From a virus (taxonomy: Duplodnaviria; Heunggongvirae; Uroviricota; Caudoviricetes): a DNA stretch of 18,785 nt. The translations under genes and the position numbers were made by a program. Under the pieces are notes generated by a model that searched no databases, was not told the DNA's origin, and saw only the letters and a list, made by a program, of their open reading frames with translations. Below are positions 1-7,581 of the stretch, piece after piece; the first letter of the stretch is position 1; every line of letters starts with the position of its first letter. The stretch lies in the IMG/VR virus record IMGVR_UViG_3300032307_000505, positions 1 to 18,785 of that record, one strand, 5' to 3'.

Positions 1-1599
1 TAACACTTGGTTTGGTGGGAAGTAAGGGTCACGGTAAACTTGGTAACGTCCTGCAAGAGTACCAACTCTTTCAATACCCATGTTGTATTGGTCTTGCTCA
101 GGAGAAGCGTTTGATACGTGGAAGTATTCTAAATCATCAAAGATAGCTGAGATTTCAGAAGAAACTACAATCCAGTTAGCTCCACCTCTTAATGTAGATT
201 TGTGGATTTGAGCAGAGATTTGGTTAATCGCTGTGATAAGCGTTTGGTTCCAGTCTTTTTGAGTATAAGGAACTGCAGAAGACCCTAAACGTTTCCAACC
301 ATTGTAATCCCAACGTAAGTTCCATGCTGCACCTTTACGTAAATCTCTTAAGATTTCACGGTCAATTTCAGCAGCAACTTGTTCAGATAATAAAGCTGTT
401 AATTCAGCCTCAGCATCAATGTTATGGAAAGCCGCAACGTCTTGAGCCATCTCAGGAGACCATTGTGCTCTTAATTTTCTTTCTGTTACAGAAACAGTTA
501 CTGACATTAAGTCAAAAGAAACCTCACCAATTCTATCTTCAAACTCTAAGTTTTTGTAGATTTTGTAAGTAGCAGTAAACGCATTACCCATAGCAGCAGT
601 AGATTCGAATGTTGAACCTGTATATCCGTCCATTGAACCTCCACAAGTAATACATACCGGTACTTGTAAGTCAACTTCTAAATAGATTTTACCTTCAGAA
701 TCACATAAATCGTCATATTGACCACCACCTGTTTTACTTCCAGGGAAAGTTAATGTTGCGTTATTGTTACCATATTGTACAATACCTTTACCATATTTCT
801 GAGTTACAACTCTAAATAAGTAAGGGTTTCTTGTGTTTGCAGATGTTGTAGCATTTCCTGCAACACCTAAAATAGTTAAATCAGCTAAGAAAGATTCGTT
901 ATCAACTGGGTTACCATCAGGACCAATTAATTTACCTTCACCCGCAGTTGCGAAACCTGACATAACGATTAATACTTTTCTATAATCAGATGAAGTATAA
1001 GCTGAAGGAACTAATGAATCACCTGTCCATGCAACTGTAGTAACAAAAGCAGTAATCGCAGAATACTGACCTTTTGAATAGTCATATAAACCTGGTGGGT
1101 CTAAAGCTGGTTCGTTACCTTCGTAGAATCTATCGTAAAGGTCTTTAGTATTGTTATAATCATAACCTGAATTAGGTGTTTGAGTATTAGACGCATTTGG
1201 TGAACCATAAGGTGCGTAGTGAATACCTGTACCAGGATAACTTGATTCAAGTTCATTCTCGTAAGACTGAATGTTAGGTACGAAGTAGAATAATTTACCA
1301 ATTGGTAAGTTCATAGCTTGTACAGAAACGATATCGTTAGATAATAATTTAGAGAAAACTCTTCTAACAATAGGGAAAACCACTGTTTCAAATGCACCTG
1401 TATCAGATGTAGTTGATGCTTCGTTAATTAAATACGATGCTTGGTTTTCATATAATTGTGCAACGTTTTCTCTCATGTGACCTTTAAGTCCCTCTAAGAA
1501 ACCTAATTTATCCCATTTGTTGATTGTGTCTTCTTTGATAACTTTTAAATGTTTTAATCCAATGTTACCAACAAGACCTGATTCTAATAATGCTCCCAT
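1..1599 (-). CDS. gp23: Major capsid protein, T4 gp23-like (3' end runs off the left edge)
   Basis: Not in the ORF track because there is no stop in the window. Hand translation from ATG 1599 gives MGALLESGLVGNIGLKHLKVIKE...VFPIVRRVFSKLLANDIVSVQAMNLPIGKLFY...RKLRAQWSPEMAQDVAAFHNIDAEAELTALLSEQVAAEIDREIL...GTLAGRYQVYRDPY. These are hallmark gp23 motifs, and the gene follows protease and scaffold. Confidence 0.97.
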   Translation of the reverse strand, partial: MGALLESGLVGNIGLKHLKVIKEDTINKWDKLGFLEGLKGHMRENVAQLYENQASYLINEASTTSDTGAFETVVFPIVRRVFSKLLSNDIVSVQAMNLPIGKLFYFVPNIQSYENELESSYPGTGIHYAPYGSPNASNTQTPNSGYDYNNTKDLYDRFYEGNEPALDPPGLYDYSKGQYSAITAFVTTVAWTGDSLVPSAYTSSDYRKVLIVMSGFATAGEGKLIGPDGNPVDNESFLADLTILGVAGNATTSANTRNPYLFRVVTQKYGKGIVQYGNNNATLTFPGSKTGGGQYDDLCDSEGKIYLEVDLQVPVCITCGGSMDGYTGSTFESTAAMGNAFTATYKIYKNLEFEDRIGEVSFDLMSVTVSVTERKLRAQWSPEMAQDVAAFHNIDAEAELTALLSEQVAAEIDREILRDLRKGAAWNLRWDYNGWKRLGSSAVPYTQKDWNQTLITAINQISAQIHKSTLRGGANWIVVSSEISAIFDDLEYFHVSNASPEQDQYNMGIERVGTLAGRYQVYRDPYFPPNQVL

Positions 1600-1638
1600 T
1601 TTAAAATATTTGTTTGTTTTTTAATTTATTTATTTTGA

Positions 1639-3276
1639 TTACCCTAATTTACTCATCAAATCTTTCATTCTCATGAATTGAGGATTCTCATAAGTTTTTG
1701 ATTCAATTAAAGTAGTCGATGAACCTGTAGATACAGTTTTTTGAATTTTGTTCTCTACTGATTCGCTTAATGATTTTTTAATTTCCGGTTTAGATAATTC
1801 ACCTTTGATTGACTGATAAAGATTTTTTGATTCTTTTAAAGTTTCAACATCGTCAAATCTTCTTAAGATATTAATTTTCTCTTTTTTAGTAGTCGAATGT
1901 TCTGTGAACAATCTTGTAGCGTAAGCTAAGTTTGAATTGAAAATTGCAACTTCGTTAAGTTTTTCTCTGAAAACATTTAACGCTTTTCTGTATTCTTCAT
2001 TTTTCTCTCTTAACATATTAACCTCAGAATTGATTGACTCTACTTTAACACCATTATTACCATAATTATAGTTTCTGTTGTTAGTAATAGATTTTCTAAG
2101 ACCTCTACCTTCTTTGGAACCCATTCCATAAGTTCTAGCAGCTTCTTTAGTTTCTTCCTTTTCGAAAGCTTTTCTTTTTAAAGTGTCACCTTTTTTAGTA
2201 GTGTAATCTTCTTTACCTTTCATGGTTCTAGATTTCTCACCCTTATTCATTCCGTAATCACCTTCTTTTGTTTCTGCCTTTACAACTTTGGAAGTTCCTT
2301 CCATATTTTCACCTTTCTTGTATTCGAATTTTGGTTTACCTGTTCCTACTGATTTAGGCCCTTCTTTTCTTTTTTCATTGAAACCTCCGGCAACTTTTTT
2401 ATATTCAGTTTTACCAGGTCCTTTACCATTTCTAACACCTTTAGATATAGTTGTTAATTTTGTTTCTCTCACAGCTCTTCTTGGGTTGTAAGACTCTTCT
2501 AAATCCTCTAAGTCCTCTTCGTCCATCATGTTTATATCATCATCGTCTTCTTCTTCGTCTAAATAATCACCTTCTTCAAGGTCACCATCTTCGTCTTCAA
2601 ATTCAATTTCAAACACAACTTCATTAGAATCTTCGATATCGTCAACATCACCGTCAGCAAAAATTGCGTCAATAACGTCATCAGTTGTTTGGTCATCCAT
2701 TTCTTCATCCATTTCAAAATTAATGTCATCCATTTCTTCATCCATTTCAAAATTAATGTCATCCATTTCTTCATCCATTTCAAAATCCATACCTTCACCA
2801 AATTCCTCCTCTTCAGATTCACCAAGTTTAACTAAATACTCTTCATCAGTATCGTTATCAGTTAAGTGGATATCATCACCGTCTTTTTTTACAATGATTC
2901 CATCTTCTTCACCCATAGCTTTGAATACTTTCAGAATTTCTTCATCTGATGCACCTGTTAAGTCGATAGGACTTTCGTCTGAATCCATGTCCATATCAAA
3001 ATCCATTTCAATGTCCATTTCATCTTCGTCTTCATTATCAGTATCCATATCAAAATCCATTTCCTCTTCATCAGAGTCCATTTCATCGTCCATGTCAACA
3101 TCTAATTCAACCTCATCATCTTCTAAATCTTGTTCAGAAAGAGATTCTTTTACTAGCTGATTGATTTCTTCCTTCATAGTTGAAGCAAGTATTCCTTTTG
3201 CATTTTCGGCAATAGCTTCTTCAACTTGTTTCATTTGAATAAGTGCCTCTTGTACTACGTTTTTATTTTCTTGCAT
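1639..3276 (-). CDS. Prohead scaffold/core protein (T4 gp22 position), highly acidic, 545 aa
   Basis: Lies between prohead protease and MCP. D/E-rich low complexity, with a helical C-terminus (LREKNEEYRKALNVFREKLNEVAIFNSNLAY...ETLKESK). Confidence 0.8.
   Translation of the reverse strand: MQENKNVVQEALIQMKQVEEAIAENAKGILASTMKEEINQLVKESLSEQDLEDDEVELDVDMDDEMDSDEEEMDFDMDTDNEDEDEMDIEMDFDMDMDSDESPIDLTGASDEEILKVFKAMGEEDGIIVKKDGDDIHLTDNDTDEEYLVKLGESEEEEFGEGMDFEMDEEMDDINFEMDEEMDDINFEMDEEMDDQTTDDVIDAIFADGDVDDIEDSNEVVFEIEFEDEDGDLEEGDYLDEEEDDDDINMMDEEDLEDLEESYNPRRAVRETKLTTISKGVRNGKGPGKTEYKKVAGGFNEKRKEGPKSVGTGKPKFEYKKGENMEGTSKVVKAETKEGDYGMNKGEKSRTMKGKEDYTTKKGDTLKRKAFEKEETKEAARTYGMGSKEGRGLRKSITNNRNYNYGNNGVKVESINSEVNMLREKNEEYRKALNVFREKLNEVAIFNSNLAYATRLFTEHSTTKKEKINILRRFDDVETLKESKNLYQSIKGELSKPEIKKSLSESVENKIQKTVSTGSSTTLIESKTYENPQFMRMKDLMSKLG
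2692..2786. repeat. Perfect 33-bp tandem repeat, about 2.9 copies, in frame (DINFEMDEEMD) within the scaffold gene
   Basis: Unit gtcatccatttcttcatccatttcaaaattaat at 2692-2724 and 2725-2757, partial at 2758-2786. Confidence 0.95.
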
Positions 3277-3299
3277 GAAAAATTATTGTTATTTTCATA

Positions 3300-3307
3300 A
3301 TAAATAT
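3300..3307 (-). promoter_or_regulatory. ATATTTAT motif (candidate late promoter) upstream of the scaffold gene
   Basis: Plus strand ataaatat, 23 nt from ATG 3276. The motif recurs upstream of nine genes. Confidence 0.6.
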
Positions 3308-3311
3308 TACC

Positions 3312-3360
3312 AAAAACAAAAAAAGTTTATTTTATCTTACTATTAGACAAAATAAACTTT
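3312..3360 (-). terminator. Stem-loop with U-tract (second hairpin after the DUF4494-like gene)
   Basis: 12-bp arms aaagtttatttt (3322-3333) and aaaataaacttt (3349-3360). The stem extends by G-U pairing on the minus strand and is followed by a U run. Confidence 0.55.
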
Positions 3361-3370
3361 GGTTTATGAC

Positions 3371-3397
3371 AAAAAAAAAGTGGTCGTTTGACCACTT
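3371..3397 (-). terminator. Rho-independent terminator
   Basis: Minus strand AAGTGGTC-AAAC-GACCACTT followed by a poly-T run, 24 nt after stop 3422. Confidence 0.8.
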
Positions 3398-3421
3398 ATA
3401 ATTTAATAATTTTAGAAATTT

Positions 3422-3631
3422 TTATTGAATTACTTCATCAATTTTACTTTCAGAGACAGAAGTGATTCTCCACTCGTGAGTAAATCCCTCATACTTTTTT
3501 GTGACTTTGGCTTCAACATCTGTTACTGAATAACCTTCCACAAGTTTCTCTTCTCTAATTTTTCTAATTTTACCTGTATTCTCATCAGGTAAGTCATACT
3601 GAATTTTTGCTACGAAATACTTTTCTTCCAT
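3422..3631 (-). CDS. Small protein, DUF4494-like
   Basis: Pattern YFVAKIQY..DENTGKIRKIREEKLVEGYSVTDVEAKV...W.ITSV.ES resembles DUF4494 as I recall it; not searched. Confidence 0.6.
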   Translation of the reverse strand: MEEKYFVAKIQYDLPDENTGKIRKIREEKLVEGYSVTDVEAKVTKKYEGFTHEWRITSVSESKIDEVIQ

Positions 3632-3638
3632 GTGTTTT

Positions 3639-4355
3639 TTATTTTCCCAAAAAATCGTTTAATTTTTTCATTAAGTCAACTGACTTTTCAACATATTCGT
3701 CTTTTTGTTTGTATTTTTTTTCTTCTTCTAAGTTTTCCTCATATTTGTCTCTATCGTCCGCGTTTGTAAATAGATAAGCTCCCGGTGTTGATGGTGATGA
3801 TACTAAGTCAAAACAAATTAATTCAAAATCATCTTGAACTTCGTTTTTTTCGCCAACTTTTTTAAGTGAACCAACCCCACGAGAAGAAATACCTAAAGTA
3901 ACTCCTTGTCTCATTAAATTTGCCGCTTGGTCCCCTTTAGTTGATACAATACCTCTCTCATGGAATCCCGGAGAAGTTAATAGTTTAAGTTTACCCATTA
4001 AAATATTTCTATCCCACCAAATATCTGTAATGATATGAGATACACGGTCTAAATCAATTAAAGAAGACTCAGGGTGGTTTAGCTCAGAAGTTGATAAACC
4101 TTTCTCAATTGCGTTTTTATAATTATCGGCCTCTCTTTTTAATATTCTTTCAGGATATGTTCTACCATTTCTATTTGGAGTATCGTACTTTTGAAGTACC
4201 GCGTAAAATTCAAATGGGTTTCTATAATCCATCTCTTTAGCCTCTTTCAAAACTTTTTCATTATGCTTGTCTTTAGGTGATACCCAACCTGCATCTGCCT
4301 CAACTAATATACCATGTCCGGTTTCGGTTGCTTCTAATATTCTTAATTGTTTCAT
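3639..4355 (-). CDS. gp21: Prohead core protease, T4 gp21-like
   Basis: NRNGRTYP, ELNHP (His), GISSRGVGS (Ser) and FDLVSSPSTPGA (Asp) motifs; canonical position in the head module. Confidence 0.95.
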   Translation of the reverse strand: MKQLRILEATETGHGILVEADAGWVSPKDKHNEKVLKEAKEMDYRNPFEFYAVLQKYDTPNRNGRTYPERILKREADNYKNAIEKGLSTSELNHPESSLIDLDRVSHIITDIWWDRNILMGKLKLLTSPGFHERGIVSTKGDQAANLMRQGVTLGISSRGVGSLKKVGEKNEVQDDFELICFDLVSSPSTPGAYLFTNADDRDKYEENLEEEKKYKQKDEYVEKSVDLMKKLNDFLGK

Positions 4356-4369
4356 TAATTCTTTTTAAG

Positions 4370-4377
4370 ATAAATAT
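4370..4377 (-). promoter_or_regulatory. ATATTTAT motif upstream of the protease gene
   Basis: Plus strand ataaatat, 14 nt from ATG 4355. Confidence 0.6.
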
Positions 4378-4392
4378 ATCAATTATGATACT

Positions 4393-4833
4393 TTACAAGA
4401 TAACCTCTTTTTTTGTGTTAGAAAATTCTAAATATTTATTTTTTACCACGTTATTTTTTATAATTGTTTGAATTATTTTTTTAACGGAATCTTTTATTTC
4501 GTTTGATTTAAAATCAATCTCATTTATTGTATATAAATTAATTTCTAAATTTAAAAACGATTTCTTACCATAAGATATTCCACTAGTTCTTAAGTCTAAA
4601 TCGATAATACTTTTTTCTTGAAAAATTGAGGTGTTGTTTGATTCGAATACCGAATGTTTTATTTCCCTACTTAAAGTTGAAACAATTCGATTCCAATTAT
4701 CGTAGTCGTCCTTAGGGGTCACCCAAGATTGGATGTTAATGTAGATTGATTTTAAATTTTTTGAGTCGACAGTCCCGTAGACTGTTTTAATTGAATTGTA
4801 TAAATTTAATTTTATACTTTTTCCTTTTTTCAT
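4393..4833 (-). CDS. Hypothetical protein, 146 aa, K/I/N-rich
   Basis: Fills the gap in the operon orientation and has its own promoter-like element; no family recognised. Confidence 0.8.
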   Translation of the reverse strand: MKKGKSIKLNLYNSIKTVYGTVDSKNLKSIYINIQSWVTPKDDYDNWNRIVSTLSREIKHSVFESNNTSIFQEKSIIDLDLRTSGISYGKKSFLNLEINLYTINEIDFKSNEIKDSVKKIIQTIIKNNVVKNKYLEFSNTKKEVIL

Positions 4834-4871
4834 TAATAATTTCCATTATTTTCAGTTTATTTGTTTAGTAA

Positions 4872-4900
4872 AATATATGTTAAAATTATTATAATGTCAA
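4872..4900 (-). promoter_or_regulatory. Housekeeping-sigma-type promoter TTGACA-N17-TATATT
   Basis: -35 at 4900-4895, exact 17-nt spacer, -10 at 4877-4872. Also readable as Bacteroidota TTTG-N20-TAtaTTTt. Confidence 0.6.
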
Positions 4901-4945
4901 AAAAAAAAACGTGTTATTACTCATTATAGAACAATAACACGTTTT
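4899..4945 (-). terminator. Rho-independent terminator after the 4965-5663 gene
   Basis: 13-bp arms aaaacgtgttatt (4906-4918) and aataacacgtttt (4933-4945). G-U pairs extend the stem on the minus strand, and an 11-U run follows. Confidence 0.8.
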
Positions 4946-4964
4946 AATTTGTTAAATTTTTATA

Positions 4965-5663
4965 TTAAATTGATTCTTCTAAAGTTTTTAATCTTAAGAA
5001 ACTTATTTGGTCAAATTTTTCATTTTTTAATTTATCAATTGTTTCTGATAATTTTGTTTTGATTTCAAATTCAGTTTCATTTTCCAACATAACATTAAGT
5101 TTAGTTATTGTTGTTTCTTTCAAATTTTCAAATTTAGTTTCAAGTGTTTTAGAATCTTCAGATATTAATTGGAAAAATTCTTTTTTAGATGTTTCGTCTA
5201 AATTTTCAATATACCCTCTTAATGTTTGATTAGCAATACTTACCATTGATTTAATTGGAATATTAATAGATTCTTTTACAGTTTCTTTTTTAGTCGTCAA
5301 AACTTTAATAATATTTTTCTTAGCATTTACTCTTTCAAGTAAATCTAATTTATTTGAATGAGTTAAAACATCCAAATCAATATATTTGTTTTCATTAAGT
5401 TTAGATAAACTTTTTGGCAACTTAATTGTTGGTAAAATTTTATGTAGTAAATTAATCCCTTCTTCTAAAAATTCCTTTGCGTCTTGTTCCGACAAACCTT
5501 GAGGCGTACTTAATTGGTCATATAAAGCGTAAGCTTTTGACATAGATTTATTGTTCAGAACATTATGTTTGAACTCTCTTAAAGATTTTTTGAAATCTTT
5601 CTCGTCACTATATGACTCAAGTAGATTTTTTTCGATTATGGATTTTAGGTTTCCGAAGGTCAT
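4965..5663 (-). CDS. Hypothetical helical protein directly after the portal (possible prohead core protein by position)
   Basis: 232 aa, K/E/L-rich. T4 carries core genes 67/68 between portal and protease; the analogy is positional only. Confidence 0.8.
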   Translation of the reverse strand: MTFGNLKSIIEKNLLESYSDEKDFKKSLREFKHNVLNNKSMSKAYALYDQLSTPQGLSEQDAKEFLEEGINLLHKILPTIKLPKSLSKLNENKYIDLDVLTHSNKLDLLERVNAKKNIIKVLTTKKETVKESINIPIKSMVSIANQTLRGYIENLDETSKKEFFQLISEDSKTLETKFENLKETTITKLNVMLENETEFEIKTKLSETIDKLKNEKFDQISFLRLKTLEESI

Positions 5664-5681
5664 TACACTTAATTTTATTAA

Positions 5682-5689
5682 ATAAATAT
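5682..5689 (-). promoter_or_regulatory. ATATTTAT motif upstream of the 4965-5663 gene
   Basis: Plus strand ataaatat, 18 nt from ATG 5663, touching the portal stop codon. Confidence 0.55.
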
Positions 5690-7542
5690 TAGGATTTTAG
5701 TAACTTATCCAATTCTTTTGAAATTTCTCCTAAAGAATCTTGTCCATGACCCAAATTAATCATTTGAGCACCTTCAATTAAGTTATTTTCAACTAACATA
5801 TTTAAGTTACTCATTCTAGATTCAGGGGTGATTTCAGCCTCACCTGCTGCCGGTGCCACTGTCTCTTCACCTGCTGGTGGTAACTCTTCTCCACCACCTA
5901 AATCAGCGGTTTCAAATTCACCTCCACCTCCGAATGACGGAGCGGGTTCTGATGTTTCTGTTGATGCTGCTGTTGCGGTACCCCCCGATGAATTACCATA
6001 AAGTTTATCAATATTATCAAATAAACCTGTTTTAGTGATAACTGTAGGAGTTGCTTTAAGTTCTTCACCAACTGCTCTTTCAACTCTTTGTTGTTGTAAA
6101 TCCAAACGAACTTCTTCATCAGACCAACCAAAAATATGTTTTTTGGCCCATGTTGATGAAGTGGCTTGTATACCATTTCCTGGGTCGGAAACTAAATCTT
6201 TATACAATAATACTTTTTCTTTCCAAACGTCAATTTTTAAAAGGTCAGCTTGAGTAGATGGGTTAGTTAAACCTAATGTAAAATTTTCTAATTCATCTTC
6301 AAATCCTAATAAAAATAAATGTACAATCGCAATTTTATTTAATTCCGCAATCATACTTTTTTGGATTCTATTAATAGTTCTAGCAAAACGAATATCTTGT
6401 AATGATAAATTTTTACCATCACCGACAACTTCTTCAAACCCTAAGAACGCCTTAGGAACACGAAGAGCTGTTAATAATTTCTTTTGGATGTATTCAATAT
6501 CCGCAATCTCAGAAAGGTTAGTCGCTCCAGGTAATGTTGTAATAGGGTCCGGTGCTGATGGGTCTCTAACAGGAATAAAGTAATCTTGGTCAACCGCCAT
6601 TTGGTTAAATCTCATATCAACGTTACCCGTTTTATTATCTACTATTTGTTCTCTTTTGAATTTGTTTGCAACACGTTGTACGTAAGCTTCAACATCATCA
6701 TCATTCATGTTACCTACGAATACTTTGAACATTCTTCTTTCAGGGGCTCTTGATGTACGATAAATCAACATCGCGTCCTCAGATAATAATAATTGTTTCC
6801 AAATTCTTCTTGCCTTTTCCAACATAGAAGTACCATAAGGAAGTTTTCTATCATCACCTAATAATCTAAAATGGGCAATTTCCCATGATTGGAATTCCAT
6901 ATTTTTGGTTTTCCAAGTGAAATGAAGTGCCTTTTTGTCCTTATCTAATTCTTTTGTAATATCCGTAGAGATTTTTGCACTAACACCCACTTCATGACGT
7001 TCAATTTCAATTGTCGGTAATTGTTGTACTCCAACAATACCTTTCTCAGGGTCTAATTTCAAATAAATAAAGTTATCACCATACTTACAAGTGTTTCTTG
7101 TCCACATTGGTAAGTTAGTGTTAATATCGAGTGAGTTATTAAATAAATCCGCTAATACCCCTTTTATTCTTTTTGATTCAGAATAAATTTGTAAAATAAA
7201 ACCATCTTCATTTGTTGTTGTTGATTCTTCTGCGTAGATATCTAACGCAGCTGAAATCTCAGGGGTATACTCCATTGACTCGTAATCGTATTGTGCCGAT
7301 AATCTTGATGGTTCGTAATAGATTGCTTGTGAATATAAATTATTCTCAACTTTCGCCCATTGATTTGTTAAATAAAAGGTTTGTTGTGCTTGTAACCTTT
7401 CTTTTTCGTATTCTTCCTTACTATTAGTACGTAATAACTCCTTTTTATCAAACTTAAATGTTGGATAATCTTGGTTTAATAAAGAGTTTGGCCCAAATGT
7501 TTGGGACAATCTTTGCCATACTGTTAAATTTTGTTCACTCAT
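5689..7542 (-). CDS. gp20: Portal protein, T4 gp20-like, with a Gly/Ala/Glu-rich C-terminal tail
   Basis: PEISAALDIYAEES, YGTSMLEKARRIWKQL.L.EDAMLIYR.SRAPERR.F, D.FIPVR...I.TLPG..NL.EI.DIEY..KKL..AL.VP motifs. Confidence 0.96.
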   Translation of the reverse strand: MSEQNLTVWQRLSQTFGPNSLLNQDYPTFKFDKKELLRTNSKEEYEKERLQAQQTFYLTNQWAKVENNLYSQAIYYEPSRLSAQYDYESMEYTPEISAALDIYAEESTTTNEDGFILQIYSESKRIKGVLADLFNNSLDINTNLPMWTRNTCKYGDNFIYLKLDPEKGIVGVQQLPTIEIERHEVGVSAKISTDITKELDKDKKALHFTWKTKNMEFQSWEIAHFRLLGDDRKLPYGTSMLEKARRIWKQLLLSEDAMLIYRTSRAPERRMFKVFVGNMNDDDVEAYVQRVANKFKREQIVDNKTGNVDMRFNQMAVDQDYFIPVRDPSAPDPITTLPGATNLSEIADIEYIQKKLLTALRVPKAFLGFEEVVGDGKNLSLQDIRFARTINRIQKSMIAELNKIAIVHLFLLGFEDELENFTLGLTNPSTQADLLKIDVWKEKVLLYKDLVSDPGNGIQATSSTWAKKHIFGWSDEEVRLDLQQQRVERAVGEELKATPTVITKTGLFDNIDKLYGNSSGGTATAASTETSEPAPSFGGGGEFETADLGGGEELPPAGEETVAPAAGEAEITPESRMSNLNMLVENNLIEGAQMINLGHGQDSLGEISKELDKLLKS

Positions 7543-7570
7543 GATTTAAATTTACTTGTTTCCTCAGTAA

Positions 7571-7578
7571 TATAAATA
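7571..7578 (-). promoter_or_regulatory. TATTTATA motif upstream of the portal gene
   Basis: Plus strand tataaata in the terL-portal gap, about 29 nt from ATG 7542. Confidence 0.6.
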
Positions 7579-7581
7579 GTA

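Noticed and set aside
2692-2786. 33-bp repeat as a CRISPR mini-array
   Set aside because: The copies are directly adjacent with no spacers and are in frame within a gene.
4787-4846. Short upstream ORF (ATG 4846) overlapping the 4833 start
   Set aside because: About 19 codons in AT-rich DNA is expected by chance, and there is no supporting signal.
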